Source: Verrucomicrobiota bacterium (GTDB lineage: Bacteria > Verrucomicrobiota > Verrucomicrobiia > Limisphaerales > SIBE01). Taken from it: a DNA stretch of 64,000 bases. The stretch covers positions 377-64,376 of the forward strand of contig JACQWK010000125.1 in the NCBI GenBank assembly GCA_016209525.1, read 5' to 3'. The translations under genes and the position numbers were made by a program. Positions 45,316 to 53,879 of the stretch are shown here, piece after piece. A model generated the notes under the pieces. It did not search any database. It was not told the origin of the DNA and saw only the letters and a list, made by a program, of their open reading frames with translations. Numbering within the stretch: position 1 is the stretch's first letter; every line of letters starts with the position of its first letter.

Positions 45316-46196
45316 GGCCGGAACCTTGCCCAACGATTGGCCGCGAAAACAGTTGAGGATAGCCAACGTTTTCCACCCAGCCCCGATTCCTGTCGCTTCG
45401 CAAAACTTGTCATGCCGACACCATGCCCGAAGCCCACGACTCAAAAAAGTTGGAGCTTGATAACAATTACTCAGGATCACGCAGGACCAGTTCAGTTCTC
45501 GCGGGGCATGGTCCAGAGCACTCGCCAATTCCGGATCACACTTCGCGAAGGCTTCGGTTTGCATGGCCGAAAGCTAGCCCCGGACCACCGCAGCTTCCAC
45601 GATGGAACTCGTCCTGACTGCACTTTTTAGGACAATTGTGTCCTATGCCTCGCCGAGCCGCCAGAACCCATCGGTTGTGCGACTTTCCCAACTCGCTGTT
45701 CGCAATGTGAAAAGGCTGGTCGAAGAACTCACCACCGTTCCCCGCGCTCCGATGCGTGTGCGTCAAGACGCCTGCTGAACCAAGGCCAGGCCACTTGCCG
45801 CACTCCCAGCGTCGCGCCCCAACATCAGTCTTACCGTCCGGCGCTGATTGTCCGCTGCGGTCCGTTCCGGCGACCCTCATAAGCACCGACACCTTCACTG
45901 CCCTTCGCAGACTCCACACCGGACCGTAAGAATTCCCACCACCGCTCACGCTGACTTTAGTCAGTGTCGTTTTCAGGTCCTTTCTCTGCCTCGGCTTTCA
46001 CTCTCTCGCCCTCACCAGCCCGGCTTCATAGGGGACCGGACGCGGTGCCCTCTGAAGATCACTCCCGTTGGCCGCCCGGTTGCGCGGGCTTTTTGGGTGA
46101 AGGGCGAGAGACCGAAACCGAACAGCAGAGCACAAAAAAAAAAGACCATGAAAACAACAAGACAGAATTCGAAACTCTGCCCTACGAAGAATTCTG

Positions 46197-46370
46197 CCCT
46201 GCGCCTTGGACTTGAGCGGGGTCAAAGCCGAGCTGGCTGGACGCTGGTTCAATCCCCACGATGGCACTTCGGACGAATGGTTCATGGCGGCGGACGGCGG
46301 GCCAGCTAAGTTCAAGCCTCCGGATGCCGCCGACTGGGTGCCGGAGTTGCGCGTGCGCGCCAAATCGTAG
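46197..46370 (+). pseudogene. 3'-terminal remnant of a DUF4038/collagen-binding-domain-type glycosidase gene
   Basis: 'LDLSGVKAELAGRWFNPHDGTSDEWFMAADGGPAKFKPPDAADWVPELRVRAKS*' resembles the C-terminal region of the partial gene at 62279-64000 ('SEWFRAHDGVIQAG...'). No upstream coding sequence and no start codon. Confidence 0.5.
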
Positions 46371-46381
46371 GAGCCGTTTGT

Positions 46382-46431
46382 AGTCCCGGCTTTAGCCGGC
46401 TTTCTCGTGCCAGCCGGCTAAAGCCGGGACT
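46382..46431. repeat. perfect 20-bp inverted repeat with a 10-nt loop (REP/terminator-like)
   Basis: 'agtcccggctttagccggct' at 46382-46401 and 'agccggctaaagccgggact' at 46412-46431. A related 'gggactgaagccgggactacaagcggg' motif occurs near 10383-10410. Confidence 0.8.
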
Positions 46432-46514
46432 CCGTACGCCCCGAGTGAGAATTGCTGGATCCGGCTTGGAGTTAGGATTCGGCAGAATCGGCCTCAGCGT
46501 CCGCAAGCACTGTT

Positions 46515-49500
46515 ATGAATGCAAACCTGCTTCCGCCTGCGATTACGATCCGCCGAGCTATCGCCAGAGTCTGGCCGGCAGCTCTTCTCTGCACGCTGCC
46601 CTTAAGCCCCTCCGGCCCCGCCGCAGAACCGCTTCAACCGCTCTGGCAGATTGGCCAAAGCGACAACCGCGCCGCCGAGTTTGCCTTGGCCCCAACCAAC
46701 CACGCGCAGTTCCTGTTGCACTTCGGCAGCCCGGATCACGCCTACTACGTCGGTCTCTCGAAGCCGGAGAGCGATTGGCCTTACGTGTTGCCCGGGCCTT
46801 TCGATGAGTGGGCCGGCAGCGGACAAGGCGGACGCTGGGACCAGATGAATACGCTGCCGATTGGGTTTGTCCTGGAACAAGTTTCGGCCAGCGGCCAGTG
46901 CGCGCTTACGCTGGACCTCTGCGACACCCACCCGCAGCGCCCGCCCCGGCTGCGGGTCACGGTCAACGGCGCCAACTTCGAGCGCGATCTGGACAAAGGC
47001 GCGAGCGATGACTCGATGCGTGGCAATTGGGCGTCAGGAAAGGAGCAGGTGGTGCGCGTGGAGTTCCCAGCCTTGATGTTGCGCCCCGGCTACAACGAGA
47101 TCGCGCTGCGCAACACCCGCGGGAGCTGGCTGGTGTTTGACGCGCTTCGATTGGAAGTGCCGCGCGGAGTGAAGCTGGCTGCGCCGGCCAACACTGTCAT
47201 CCGCTCAGTGTCGTCGGCGCCGTACGCCGTCTCTTCGAGCAGGAGAACGCCAGCGACAGTCCGAGTGGAGGTCTTCCGCGCCGGTTCGCCAGGAAAACTG
47301 AACGTAGAAATTGAACCGGGTGGAAGCCGAGAACTGATGATCCAACCCGGCGTGCAAGTGTTCGAAATCGCCGCCCCGGCCTCGCCCGCGAACAAGACCA
47401 CGCACATTCGTCTCAGCGCCGATGGACGGCTGCTCTACGAAACGCGGCTGAGCTTGCGACCGTCTCCGCTCGCGACCCCGGCCGATTACGTGGACGTCTT
47501 CAAGGGGACGGCGCATTCCCGCTGGATGATCGCGCCCGGACCTTGGATGCCCTTCAGCATGGTGAAGATTTCGCCGGACAACCAGACACAAGGCTGGTGC
47601 GCCGGCTACGACTACACCATCGAGGCCATTGACTGCTTCAGCCACATCCACGAATGGACCATGGCCGGCTTGGGCATGATGCCCACGATCGGCCCGCTCC
47701 GCACCAAGCCTGGCCTGGACGGCGCGGGCTACAGCTCGCGGTTCGACAAGGCCACCGAGCGCGGCGGCATCGGCTTTTACGAAGTGTTGCTGAAAGACAG
47801 CGGCATCAAGGTGGAACTGGCCGCCACGACGCGCGCGAGTTTGCAGCGCTACACCTTTCCGGCCAGCGACCCGGCGCGCGTGTTGTTCGATTTCCTGCTG
47901 CCGACTGAGTATGCCATGAAGGTGCTCGGCGCGAAGGTGCGGCGCACAGGGCCTGCCGAGATCGACGGCACCGTCGAGACGCATCACCCCGAACTTCATT
48001 ACAATGGCGACCAGCGGTACGATCTGCACTTCGTCGTCCAGTTCAACAGGCCCTTTGATACGCTCGGTGGTTGGCAGGGCGAGCAAATCGTGTCTGCCAA
48101 CGTTAGGCAGGCTTCCAGCCTTCCGGTTAGCGGGGCATCCTCGCCCCGTGGTTCAGGCGGCAGGATGCCGCCCGAACCGGCAGACAAGATGTCTGCCCCA
48201 CAGACTTCTGCCCAACAGATCGCCGTGTCAGGCGATTGTGGCACTTTCGTGGAATTCAAGACGCGCGCGGGCGAGACGATTCTGGTTCGCGCGGGCATCT
48301 CGTTGGTCAGCGTCGCCAACGCGCGGCTGAATCTGGAACGCGAACTGGCGAGGCCGTTCCAATGGAACTTCGACGCGGTCGTCCAAAACCAGCGGCGCGT
48401 GTGGAACGAATTGTTGAGTCGCGTGGAAATCGAGACACCCGACGCCCGCGAGAAAACTCGTTTCTATTCGAACCTCTACCGCGCTTTGGTGGGCCGGAAC
48501 ATTTGGAGCGACGTCAACGGCGAGTGGATCGACCCTGAAGAGCGCCTCCAGAAGTTGGCCGACCCTGACGTGGTCATGCTCGGTTGCGACGCGTTTTGGA
48601 ACACGTTCTGGAACTTGAACCAAGTGATGAACCTCCTGGCGCCCGAATGGTCGGCGCGCTGGGTGAAATCGCAGTTGGCGATGTACGACAAAGGCGGCTG
48701 GCTGTCGAAGGGTCCGGCCGGGTTGGAATACATCAGCGTCATGGTCGCCGAGCATGAGATCGCGTTGCTTGTTGCCGCGCACCAGCACGGCGTGAAAGGA
48801 CTCGACGCGGCAAAAATCCTGGAAGCCATCGTCAAGATGCAGACGGCCCTTCCCCGGAAACATCCCGGCGGCGGCTGGGTGGGCAACGAAAACCTGGAGA
48901 ATTATCTCAAACACGGTTACGTGGCGTCGGACGGCTCAACCGTGGGCCAAGGCACGAAGGCGGAATGGCGCGCCGCGTTGACCTCGAACACCTTTGAGTA
49001 TGCGTATGACGATTGGTGTGTCGCCCAGATGGCGCTGGCTCTCGGACGCAAGGACCTCGCCGAGCAGTTCCTCAAACGCTCACAGAGCTGGCGGAACGTG
49101 TTCGATGCCGGCACTGGCTTCGCGCGCCCGCGCAAGGCCAACGGCGAATGGGTCAGCCCCTTTGACCCGTTTCACACGCGAGGCTTTGTCGAGGGCAACG
49201 CCTGGCAATACACTTGGTTCGTGCCGCAAGATGTGCCGGGCCTGGTCAACGCGATGGGCCGCGAGCGTTTTTTGAGCCGGCTCAACGAGGCATTCGAGAA
49301 ATCGGCGCCGACGCGTTTCAACGCCGCCGGTGAGCGCATGGACCTGTTTCCGATCAATCACGGCAACCAGCCCAGCATGCAGGCATCCTGGCTGTTCAAT
49401 TGGGCCGGCCAGCCATCGCTGAGCCAGAAGTGGGTCCGCGACATCCTCGACGCCTACTACGGCCACAACCCTGCCGACGCGTACTTGGGCGACGAAGATC

Positions 49501-49838
49501 AGGGCCAAATGAGCGCGTGGTTCATCATGTCCGCCTTGGGTTTGTTCCAGACGGATGGCGGCTGCCGCGTGAATCCGATCTACGAACTGGGCAGTCCGCT
49601 TTATCCGAAAATCGTCCTGCATCTCTCCAAGGAACATTACGGCGGCAAGACCTTCACAATCGAAACGCGCAACGCTTCGCGCGAAAACCGCTACATCCAG
49701 TCGGCGAAACTCAACGGCCAGGCGCTGGACCGTTGGTGGCTCCGGCAAAAGGAGATCGTCAAGGGCGGACGCCTGGAAGTCGAACTTGGTCCCGTGCCGA
49801 ATCACGAATGGGCACGAGGATGTTCCCTGCCACAGTGA
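46515..49838 (+). CDS. GH92 alpha-mannosidase-like glycoside hydrolase with an N-terminal accessory (CBM/lyase-like) domain
   Basis: 1107 aa with a signal peptide. 'FPINHGNQPSMQASWLFNWAGQPSLSQKWVRDIL' is a GH92-type motif. Confidence 0.8.
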   Translation: MNANLLPPAITIRRAIARVWPAALLCTLPLSPSGPAAEPLQPLWQIGQSDNRAAEFALAPTNHAQFLLHFGSPDHAYYVGLSKPESDWPYVLPGPFDEWAGSGQGGRWDQMNTLPIGFVLEQVSASGQCALTLDLCDTHPQRPPRLRVTVNGANFERDLDKGASDDSMRGNWASGKEQVVRVEFPALMLRPGYNEIALRNTRGSWLVFDALRLEVPRGVKLAAPANTVIRSVSSAPYAVSSSRRTPATVRVEVFRAGSPGKLNVEIEPGGSRELMIQPGVQVFEIAAPASPANKTTHIRLSADGRLLYETRLSLRPSPLATPADYVDVFKGTAHSRWMIAPGPWMPFSMVKISPDNQTQGWCAGYDYTIEAIDCFSHIHEWTMAGLGMMPTIGPLRTKPGLDGAGYSSRFDKATERGGIGFYEVLLKDSGIKVELAATTRASLQRYTFPASDPARVLFDFLLPTEYAMKVLGAKVRRTGPAEIDGTVETHHPELHYNGDQRYDLHFVVQFNRPFDTLGGWQGEQIVSANVRQASSLPVSGASSPRGSGGRMPPEPADKMSAPQTSAQQIAVSGDCGTFVEFKTRAGETILVRAGISLVSVANARLNLERELARPFQWNFDAVVQNQRRVWNELLSRVEIETPDAREKTRFYSNLYRALVGRNIWSDVNGEWIDPEERLQKLADPDVVMLGCDAFWNTFWNLNQVMNLLAPEWSARWVKSQLAMYDKGGWLSKGPAGLEYISVMVAEHEIALLVAAHQHGVKGLDAAKILEAIVKMQTALPRKHPGGGWVGNENLENYLKHGYVASDGSTVGQGTKAEWRAALTSNTFEYAYDDWCVAQMALALGRKDLAEQFLKRSQSWRNVFDAGTGFARPRKANGEWVSPFDPFHTRGFVEGNAWQYTWFVPQDVPGLVNAMGRERFLSRLNEAFEKSAPTRFNAAGERMDLFPINHGNQPSMQASWLFNWAGQPSLSQKWVRDILDAYYGHNPADAYLGDEDQGQMSAWFIMSALGLFQTDGGCRVNPIYELGSPLYPKIVLHLSKEHYGGKTFTIETRNASRENRYIQSAKLNGQALDRWWLRQKEIVKGGRLEVELGPVPNHEWARGCSLPQ
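48102..48197 (+). repeat. 96-nt four-hairpin repeat embedded in frame in the GH92 CDS
   Basis: Exactly 32 codons, 'VRQASSLPVSGASSPRGSGGRMPPEPADKMSA'. Matches the reverse complement of 5988-6083 at 84 of 96 positions. Confidence 0.75.
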
Positions 49839-49920
49839 GCAAACTCGATTTCTACTGTTTTGAATGGCCGACGCATCTCTCACTTGCCAGGCCAACTGGC
49901 CGATGTTCGCTCCCTTTCCT

Positions 49921-50046
49921 CTCACCCCGGCCCTCTCCCCAAGGAGAGGGAATTACGCATGACGTTGCGGACAAATCTAGCGCGGGAATTGTACGCCGAC
50001 GCGGGAGACGGTTCTCCCTCTCCCCAAGGGAGAGGGTCGGGGTGAG
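49921..50046. repeat. 126-bp element with about 30-bp terminal inverted repeats (family A hairpin at each end)
   Basis: 'ctcaccccggccctctccccaaggagaggg' at 49921-49950 and 'ccctctccccaagggagagggtcggggtgag' at 50016-50046. Confidence 0.7.
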
Positions 50047-50074
50047 AATTCACCGACCTAAGCTCATGCTTTGT

Positions 50075-50140
50075 CCCCATGAACCGACCGTCGGTGGGGC
50101 AAACCTGCAGGTTTGCCCTACCGACGGTCGGTTCATGGGG
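50075..50140. repeat. 66-bp near-perfect palindrome
   Basis: 'ccccatgaaccgaccgtcggtggggcaaacctgcaggtttgccctaccgacggtcggttcatgggg'. Confidence 0.8.
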
Positions 50141-50211
50141 AGGGGAAACAGCGCGTTCGAACTTCCACGACGCAGCCACTGGAAGTAGCGAAGAACCAAA
50201 CGAGAACTATT

Positions 50212-51418
50212 ATGCGAAACAACTCCATCACTCTGCTGTGTTGCGCCGTTGTCGCCGTGGGCTTTGGCGCGAGGTCGCTGGACGCCCAGACAGCGCGGAG
50301 CCCGGCCGGCAAAATCGTCAACCATGCGCGGCCCGTCGAACCCGCAGTCAAGACCGCATTCCTGCCGCTGCCGCCCGGCGCCGTCGAACCGGCGGGTTGG
50401 TTGCGCGACTGGGCGTTGGCCGCGCGCCACGGCATCACGGGACACCTGGACGAATGGCATCCGACTTTCGCGGACGGCTGGAAAGGCATTCCGATCAAGG
50501 CGCCGGGCGCGAACACGAACGCCACCGGCTGGCCCATCGAACAGAGCTCCTATTGGCTGGACGGCGCGCTGCGGCTCGGCTTGGTCCTGCACGACGAAAG
50601 CCTGATCAAGAAAATCCGCGCCCGGCTCGATCCTGTGGTGGAGGGCGTGAACAAAACGCCGTTCGGCACTTCGTTCATCCATTGGAGACAGGGATACAAG
50701 CCCCAGGGATTCGACAGTTGGGCTCATTCGCAGATGGGCCGCGCGCTGGTGGCGCTTTACGAGGGCACGGGCGACGAGCGTGTGCTCGAGGCGCTGGTCA
50801 AGGTGTATGCCGATTATCCGGTGCCGATGGGGCACGTGAGTTTTTCCGATGTGACCGGGCTGTGCAACCTTGACCCGATGCTCGAAACCTATTCCTACAG
50901 CGGTGACGAGCGCATCTTCCAGCGCGCGATGCAGGCAATCGCTCAACCCGATGTGGCCAGGGACATCCAAGCTTGGAGCGAAGGCCGCCTCGCCCCTGGC
51001 CACATGGTCATCACTTACGAGAACATCCGCCTGCCCGCGGTGGTGTACCCGTGGTCCGGCAATCCGCACCATCTCCAGGCCACATTGGGCGCCTTCAGAT
51101 GGCTGGACGAACATCATACGCTTCCCTATGGCGTGGCCTCCGGCGAAGAATACGCCTCGGGCATCGGCGCCTTTCGCAAGACCGAAACGTGCGACGTTAC
51201 GGCCATGCTCCTGGCCGCCTCGTGGATGTACCGCATCCTGGGCGATAACGATTGGGGCGACCGCATGGAGCGCGCTTTCTTCAACGCCGGTAACGGGAAG
51301 CGCGCCCGAAATCGTTCGCCTCGTGCCTTACGGTTGCGCTAAGTTTCGAATCTCGATGTTCCCCGTGACAGCCCGCGCCTGGGCGCAGGTCAGCCGGCCT
51401 GAAGGGCGAACGAACTGA
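50212..51418 (+). pseudogene. (alpha/alpha)6 glycoside hydrolase, GH127/GH146 (DUF1680)-like, with an internal out-of-frame deletion
   Basis: Signal peptide and 'LPLPPGAVEPAGWLRDWALAARHGITGHLDEW...' continue to 'MERAFFNAG', then junk and a stop at 51342. A different frame carries the family-typical extreme C-terminus 'EIVRLVPYGCAKFRISMFPVT', ending at 51418. Confidence 0.55.
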
Positions 51419-51443
51419 CCCGACTGAATTCAGGAGAACAACT

Positions 51444-52772
51444 ATGCAAAGCAGAACCACGAACGCATTGCGCAATTCAAGACCGAACCGGATTGGCCGT
51501 CGGCTGTTCCTCGCCCGCTTGGCCGCTGTGGGTGGAGCTACCGCGTCGGTTCCGGGGCTAGACTTCATCTTTGCCGCTGAACCGCTGCCGAATTCTGGAT
51601 CCTCCCCAACCACTCCGGCCGCACGAAACCGGGGCAAGGTCCAGAAAGTCGGCAACGAAATCAAAGAGTACAAAGATCCCAAGACCGGCGCGCGCGTTCG
51701 CCGGCTAACCGGCGACGGCTCGAACAACGTGCATCCCTACTTCACCTCGTGGGCTTTCGTGGGCGACAGCGCCGATCACACCATTTTCGTCTCCAACCGC
51801 ACTGGAGCTTACCAGTGGCACCTGCTGGACATTCCCGCCGCGCGCCTGGTGCAACTGACGGACGGCGAGAAGATCTCAGCCAACATGGCCTGCGTGGCGC
51901 GGAGTGGTCGGCTGTTCTACTTCGACGGCCCGTCGCTCCGTTCGATCAAGACAGACACGCTCGAAGACCGCGAGCTTTACCGCGTGCCGCCCGGCTTCAA
52001 ACCGGCTCTGCCCACCTGCACCGCCGATGGCCGCTACGTGGCCTTCGCCTATTGCCAGGAGACGGCGCTCAGCACGGAGACCGGCCGCATCTACTCCTCG
52101 ATGCACGAGCGCTATTACCAACACCCGCACTCGGTCGTCATGCGCATCGACACTGAGAGCGGCGAAGCGGTGGCAGGCTGGGGCGAAGCCGCGTGGATCA
52201 GCCATGTCTTGATCCATCCCACCCAGCCCAACCTGATTCTCTTCTGCCACGAAGGCGGCGGAACGTGCGTCAAGCAGCGGATGTGGATCGTTAACCTGGA
52301 CGACAAGCAAATGCGGCAAGCCGTGCCGCTCTATCCGCAGCGGCCGGGCGAGTCGTGCGTCCACGAATATTTCACGCAGCAAGGCGACGTGGGATTTCAG
52401 TATTCGCTCGACCGCGGGAAGGCGCGCGAGGAGTACAACGCTTTCATCCGCCCCGACGGAACGTGGATTCGCCAATACCTCTTTCCCGGCCCGCGCCCCG
52501 GCCATATCCAGTCGAACTCGGGCAACACTTTGCTGGTCGGTGATCGGGCGCACCTCAGTCCCGACGACAAGGAAGGCGGCCAGTATATTGGTCTGATGAC
52601 GCACATCAATGGTCGCGTGCAAATCCGCCGCCTGGCGTGGCATGGCACGTCCTGGCGCACGCAAGCGAGCCACGGCCACCCGAGCTTCAGCCCGGACGAC
52701 CGCTGGGTGATCTATAACTCCGACGCCGAGAAGAGCGACAACGTGTACATGGCGGAGGTGCCAAGCATCTGA
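51444..52772 (+). CDS. oligogalacturonide lyase (PL22)-like / TolB-like beta-propeller protein with a Tat-type signal
   Basis: 'RRLFLARLAAVGGATA' twin-arginine leader. 'KEYKDPKTGARVRRLTGDGSNNVHPYFTS', 'HEGGG' and 'HPSFSPDDRWVIYNSD'. AGGAG SD at 51432-51436. Confidence 0.65.
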   Translation: MQSRTTNALRNSRPNRIGRRLFLARLAAVGGATASVPGLDFIFAAEPLPNSGSSPTTPAARNRGKVQKVGNEIKEYKDPKTGARVRRLTGDGSNNVHPYFTSWAFVGDSADHTIFVSNRTGAYQWHLLDIPAARLVQLTDGEKISANMACVARSGRLFYFDGPSLRSIKTDTLEDRELYRVPPGFKPALPTCTADGRYVAFAYCQETALSTETGRIYSSMHERYYQHPHSVVMRIDTESGEAVAGWGEAAWISHVLIHPTQPNLILFCHEGGGTCVKQRMWIVNLDDKQMRQAVPLYPQRPGESCVHEYFTQQGDVGFQYSLDRGKAREEYNAFIRPDGTWIRQYLFPGPRPGHIQSNSGNTLLVGDRAHLSPDDKEGGQYIGLMTHINGRVQIRRLAWHGTSWRTQASHGHPSFSPDDRWVIYNSDAEKSDNVYMAEVPSI

Positions 52773-53210
52773 CTTCGGTCTCTCGGGCAAGTTGGCGGTC
52801 TGCGAGGCCAGGCATGCCTTCTACTCGGTCGGCAGCGAGCTTCTTGCCGGTGAATCTCGAATTGTCTCGCATGGATCAATTGCGATTCGAAGAAACCCAT
52901 TACTCCTGTAGTAATTGTGCGCTCTGCTCGCGATCGGATTCGGCGCGACGGCCCTGCTTGCCCAAAGCGCTCCGTCGGAAACCCATTGCCGCCGTTTGCC
53001 CACGTTCGGTAGGCTACCGAAGAAACCGATGCCAAGCCGCCGTTCTGTCAAAGCCGACGTCAGCTTCCATCAGCGGCCCCTTCGCCAGCGACAACGGCTG
53101 CGTCTTCCCGTCGGACCTCATCCAGACGACCGAGAGCAAGTCCGAGAACTATGGAACGTGGTTCGCAATCTTCTCGCTTCGGCGACCCGGAAATGTAATG
53201 CTCATCGCAC

Positions 53211-53879
53211 ATGGACCTCAAAGACATCTCCCAGAGGATTGAAAGCGAGCTGACTGAGCTGTTTGAGGAACTCCGCTCTGGGATTTCCGCGAGGGAAGAT
53301 TCGCGCGCTTTCGGGGCCCTGATCGAACACCGGATCAAGCAGAACTGGGAGGCCATCTGTTCTCGATGCGGTTTTGTGCCCGTTGACCTACCTGGCCGCA
53401 GAACAATATTCGACTTCGGTTTCAAAATTGAGGAACGGATCGTGGGCATCGACGTCAAGACCAAGGACCTCGACACGACGAAATATTCCGACGGCGGCAT
53501 TTGCGCGGTCGGGAATCTCCTGAAGTTCCTCGCCAACGACCGCGGCCAGTTCATCATCGCGGAGTATGGCCACAACCAGTCGTCAACCGATTCTGGAGCG
53601 AGGGATCTCGAGTACATCCGAGTGGCTCCATTCACTTGTCTGCCCGTAAACGCTTACCGGATCGAGAACCTTGGCACCGGCCAGGTCCGCCTCAACTACA
53701 CGATCAATCAGGTCTGGGAGGAGATCGATTGGGAGCGGGACAATAACCGGTTCTACGATTACTTCACCGACCTCGCCATCCAGCACTACCAGCGCGTAGG
53801 CCGTGACGCGCAGCGGCGACTCCAAGCGATTCAAGCCTTCCGACAGGGCGGATATGCGCACTTCCAATTCATACGCTAG
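53211..53879 (+). CDS. putative type II restriction endonuclease (PD-(D/E)xK)
   Basis: 'RTIFDFGFKIEERIVGIDVKTKD' fits the D...(D/E)xK pattern. The 3' end overlaps the methyltransferase gene by 26 nt. Confidence 0.55.
   Translation: MDLKDISQRIESELTELFEELRSGISAREDSRAFGALIEHRIKQNWEAICSRCGFVPVDLPGRRTIFDFGFKIEERIVGIDVKTKDLDTTKYSDGGICAVGNLLKFLANDRGQFIIAEYGHNQSSTDSGARDLEYIRVAPFTCLPVNAYRIENLGTGQVRLNYTINQVWEEIDWERDNNRFYDYFTDLAIQHYQRVGRDAQRRLQAIQAFRQGGYAHFQFIR

Larger units (their letters stand above)
43290..46190 (-). mobile_element. degraded integrated element (HTH/excisionase-like gene, small ORF, HUH Rep, frameshifted Ig-like ORF) with no recombinase visible
   Basis: Gene content listed below. 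An A10 run sits at 46134-46143. The right edge abuts a truncated glycosidase 3' remnant. The left boundary is not defined. Confidence 0.4.

Noticed and set aside
46245-46259. tRNA T-loop-like 'ctggttcaatcccca' next to the mobile-element edge (possible tRNA att site)
   Set aside because: No acceptor, D or anticodon stems can be drawn around it. It lies in frame within the glycosidase remnant (codes RWFNPH).
50050-51117. 355-aa minus-strand ORF (similar cases: 47205-48086, 48228-48914, 49080-49925, 61011-62084, 51876-52790, 17558-18442, 7290-8396, 3654-4604)
   Set aside because: All are antisense to plus- or minus-strand genes with clear family motifs. They are Arg/Ala/Gly-rich products of GC3-skewed antisense frames.
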